DNA from: the human T2T-CHM13v2.0 reference genome, Homo sapiens
Assembly (NCBI GenBank): GCA_009914755.4
Contig: CP068257.2
Location: 29,152,001 to 29,216,000 of the forward strand
Direction: 5' to 3'
DNA: 64,000 nt
Positions 59,445 to 64,000 of the stretch are shown in pieces. A program made the translations under genes and the position numbers. The notes under the pieces are model-generated. The model did no database searches. It saw nothing but the letters and a program-made list of their open reading frames with translations, and had not been told where the DNA came from. Position 1 is the stretch's first letter; each line of letters begins with the position of its first letter.

Positions 59445-59608
59445 AGTCAGGCATGGTGGCTCATGCCTAAGATCCCAGCACTTTGGGAGGCCGAAGCAGG
59501 AAGACTGCTTGAGGCCAGCAGCTCGAGGTTACAGTGAGCTATGACCGCACCACTGTACTCCAGCCTGGGCAACAGAAAGAGATTATGTCTCCAAAATGAA
59601 TAAATAAG
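59445..59608 (+). mobile_element. internally deleted Alu (left-arm start fused to right-arm end, about 160 bp)
   Basis: agtcaggcatggtggctcatgcctaagatcccagcactttgggaggccgaagcaggaagactgcttgaggccagcagctcgaggttacagtgagctatgaccgcaccactgtactccagcctgggcaacagaaagagattatgtctcc. The left-arm gggaggccgag joins directly to right-arm gcaggag sequence. Confidence 0.8.
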
Positions 59609-60006
59609 CAGAAAGATGTACACTTACTTTTACATAACTAAGGAGAAGAAAATGGCAAACTATTTCGGAAGGAAATTTAGGATATTAGACACCAAAAGGA
59701 GAACTCTGTAATTTATTAATGATTTTTAAATAGATAAAATGGCAGTTCTATGCCAAAAGAGAGGGCAGTTAAACCAGGGCATCAAAGAACAGTGGCCCAT
59801 TCTGTGGGCTGTCTCATATGGAGCATGAGAAATACAAATCAGTGGTTTACAATTAAATGGAAGGTTATATTTCCTTAAAATAATTCATTGCCAACAGTGA
59901 ATCAATGAACCATAAAAGTTTTTAGAAAGCTTAACAGAGTTTATTTTACAATGGCTTTATTTCAAAGATATGAATAGAAGTTAATCTAAAAAACAGTTCC
60001 CCCGCT

Positions 60007-60325
<319 letters not shown>

Positions 60326-62817
60326 TCATACAAACCTGTCTTGCACATTAAAATCTTCACTACTTTTAGTGAAAAGTTTAACAGGAACTCAAGCATAATA
60401 GAGTGACACGGTATGTTACATCTTTTTAATAAAGGAGAAAGATGTATTTCATTTTCCAATATCCTCAGAAACTCTCTTCTGCATCTTGTCTCATAATAGA
60501 AAAAAGCAATTGACAAAAAGATAATGTTATGCTTTTTATATTTTTACATGTACTCTGCAAGTCATTCATTCATTTTCAAAATACTAAGAAACACTGCAAT
60601 CTTATCCTTTTATTTCCTTTCAAAGAAATATAAAACTTGTAAAACATCCTTCCACATAAATGCTCGAATTTCAAGGAGTTATTAACAAATGAACCATCAC
60701 ATCTGTTCAAACAGGAAGCCAAATTTTGTGAACTCTAAATCAATATGCAAGAAAAAAAGAAAGAAAAGAAAAATTTTCTTCTGTACTTTTAGTAAAGAAA
60801 TATCAAATGCCAAGATCAGAAATAACTTAAAATCTTATGTCTTTCCTAAAATATCACAATGGCTTCTAATATCTCTCTGATTTCAGACTTCCCTCTTCCT
60901 ACCCATTTTGCAATTGTTCAAATGTGTCTTTGTAAAGCCTTGCGTCATTATGCTATTGGCCTGTTCAACTGCTCTCATCCGTTCCCCATTGCTACTGAAG
61001 TTCAAACTTTTCAATAGAAAATAAAGCCCTCCACAATCTGTCCCCAGCCAAACTTTCCAAGCATATCATTTACTCCCCATTCCTCTTCCATTCTGTGCAA
61101 CGGGGAACTTCAGTGATCACCATTTCCCACATGTGCATTGCTATTTCCTACTCCAATTTTCTACTTTTTATTTCCCCTACTTATTGGAATGACCCCTTCT
61201 CTGAAATCGCCTCTGCCTTTGAGATAGCTTCATTTCAGTCATGATTCAGTTACATGCCACTTCTTCTGAGAAAATAACCTGACCAACTCATCCGAAGTGG
61301 TTTTGCTTACCTCTGAATTCCATTAGCCCTTGTGAGAGCAAATTAGAACCCTTGTTCAAGCAAATGTACCCTTTAAGTTTTTTCTTTACTCTAATTAGAC
61401 CATGAGTTCCTTACAACGAGAATTGCAGACATATTCCTTAGACCTACCTAACTGTGAGTTAGCCAAGCTCCAGTGAAGGAGCAATATACAACAGGAAGAA
61501 AACAGTCCATGCACGCACCCTGTCTAGCTGTACTGGATACCTCCGAATGATTACTCCTTGGCTGAGTTGAGTGACACATATGGACGAAACTTTGGGAAAC
61601 TGAGAAAATTATAAATTAACTTCCCTAAGAACAGGGATAATAAGACATGTTGTAGAAGAAAGAATCCAGAGGGGAAGGAGGCAGGCTAGAGAAATTATGA
61701 CTGAAGAAGGGAGCCAGGAGGAAGCAGAGGAGGAAGACGCAGAGCAAGAAATGAAGAGGTGAAAACACTGGCCATGAGAAGAAACCAAGTGGCAATTCCA
61801 TGGGGAGCGAAATTTGGAGAGGGAAAGACAGATGAAAAGAAGAATTTCAGGAACTTTAGTTGCAAGGTATGCATGTCATCCCCTTCCCTTTATTCTCTAT
61901 CAAATGCCTTGATGTTGAAGTTTGTGGCACTTTTTAAGATGTGGCAATTCGCAAGACTAGCTTTAAGGGTAGCACATGGTAAGAACAGAACTCATACAAG
62001 GGAGTCAGTTTACAATGTATCACAATTAATTCCAGAATAACACTACATTTATATTTGCATATTATTTTGGGGTCCTGGTACACACGCAGACTCTACAAAA
62101 GCTAAATATTAGAAAATTTTATATAAAGTTTTGATTCACTCATTCTCTACTATTAATTTCTTTATCTTTGCAATATTTCTTTATAAAAGGACACTCATCA
62201 GGTATTATTCAAGAAGCACAGTACCTTAACTGCAGGAACAAATGAACACTTGCAGACAATGTTGTATCTAATATTCAGAATTCTGAGAAGCATGATCCCT
62301 TTGCAGAATTGAGCCTGGACAAAGTCTATTTCCACTCCAGTGGGCTGCAGTTTACACTAACAAAGAGCATTACTTTTTGACTAGCTGAGGAATGAATAAA
62401 AAATGAATAAATTAAATTTCTCTGTCTCTAGTCAGAATTACAATTGAGATTAACAGACTTTTAAGTCAGCGAGTTATTTCCATTACTATATTAATAAATT
62501 TGTGTTTTGTCTGCCAAGAATATTTCAAGGCCCTGTGAGTCTCCCACAGAAAACTCTTTTTAAAACTTACCACTAGACTCTATAATTGCTTCTCCTCTTT
62601 TCTCATAAAAATGCCATTCTCTCAGAGCCAAACAATCCCAGTTAGGTATGGACAGCAGGATGTAGGGGTTGGGGAGTGGGTGGAAGACGCTGAATACACC
62701 AATTTTGTGAAATTAACTTATATGACCATTGATCTTTAATTGGTGAAATTTCAGTGACAGAAGGGAATCATTTGGGTGGAAATTTCATTTCCAGGGATCT
62801 TTAAGAGTGCCATAACC

Positions 62818-63131
<314 letters not shown>

Positions 63132-64000
63132 CTAGGTACTATTTCACCTACAGTAAAGTCAACACTGAACAAAAACTTTTAGAAGAGAAATCTGCGTATT
63201 CTATCCTCTCCCCCATTCTCCACTTCCAACAGTAACTGAATTAGCTAGGTCAAAAACTTGGGTGATGAAGAATGCTGACATTTAAGATAGCATACTTGCT
63301 ACTACACTTCGAAGATTAAAAATCTTGAAACTGAAGCTTGGCATAAGACAATAAATCCAAGATCTCACCTAATGGAGCTGTGAATTAATATGTACCATCA
63401 CATCTTAGCAAAGACTTGATCGTCTACATAAAGTATATGCTTTCGACATTCTGCTCATTATTGTCATGTGAGAGTAAATGCTCTGAAGGAGATAAATATG
63501 AAAATGATTCCTTGAGCTGCCTGCAACTGTCAGGCCCAAGGTACACCACTTGAAACAATTTAAATAAGTGAAAAGATGTGAATGCCGCAGTTGCTTTACC
63601 ATCTGTGACCATTTATTAGAAAACAAAAACAGAAAATCTTTACCTCCCTTAAACAGAGCAAACAGAGAAAAATAAATAAACAGGCACCTTTTAAAATGTA
63701 GGAAAGCTGTCCTTGAGCACTTAATATCTAAAGAGATAATTTCTGGATAAAGACTAGCTGGATTCTTAAGAACTATGCATGTGGCTAATGTACTGACAGC
63801 ATCCATTAACTCAAAATTGATCTTTGAAACTTAGCCAGTTCGAAAATGTTATTGCAGAAAACACATCACCAAACACATTAATCTAAGAAGCGCCTTGTCC
63901 ATGATCTGTGACCCCAAGGTCATCAAAACCCATTGTAGCCCAGCAAGGACCAAGGCCCCATGAGCAGCAGCTAATAACATGGACATTGCATTAAAGACAT

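Overview
The window reads as human genomic DNA from the chromosome 21q22.11 keratin-associated-protein (KRTAP/KAP) cluster; the locus assignment is from my recall of the protein sequences, not a database search. It is AT-rich, gene-poor, has no CpG island, and is about 40-45% interspersed repeats. It carries at least 19 Alu elements, several L1 fragments of different ages, ERVL-MaLR-type LTRs, MIRs, two MADE1 MITEs and several microsatellites. Two intronless protein-coding genes are supported, both on the minus strand. KRTAP8-1 is at 28650..28841 (63 aa) and KRTAP7-1 is at 45078..45341 (87 aa). Both are glycine/tyrosine-rich hair KAPs. Each has a TATA box about 80-90 nt upstream of the ATG and an AATAAA about 300-370 nt downstream of the stop. 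The most interesting non-annotated structure is a series of three degenerate KRTAP8-like copies on the same strand, at about 8.6 kb, 17.9 kb and 22.6 kb. Each keeps a recognisable decayed TATA/5-prime region. Together with the intact KRTAP8-1 they look like a decayed tandem array. There is also a weaker KRTAP7-like remnant at about 48.4 kb, 3 kb upstream of KRTAP7-1. Other points worth a second look are a 95-bp inverted duplication (64 bp perfect) embedded in an old L1 3-prime end and an L1 composite with an inverted 5-prime segment (twin-priming-like). There is a young 5-prime-truncated L1 with a perfect 16-bp TSD, and several Alus with crisp TSDs that are candidate polymorphic insertions. 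There are also two short local duplications and a compound (GATA)n STR. I see nothing that supports a novel or undescribed biological system: no prokaryotic-style operon, CRISPR array or unexplained long ORFs. All ORFs over 100 aa in the track are either the antisense of GY-rich KAP genes, L1 ORF2 remnants, or Alu/low-complexity read-through.
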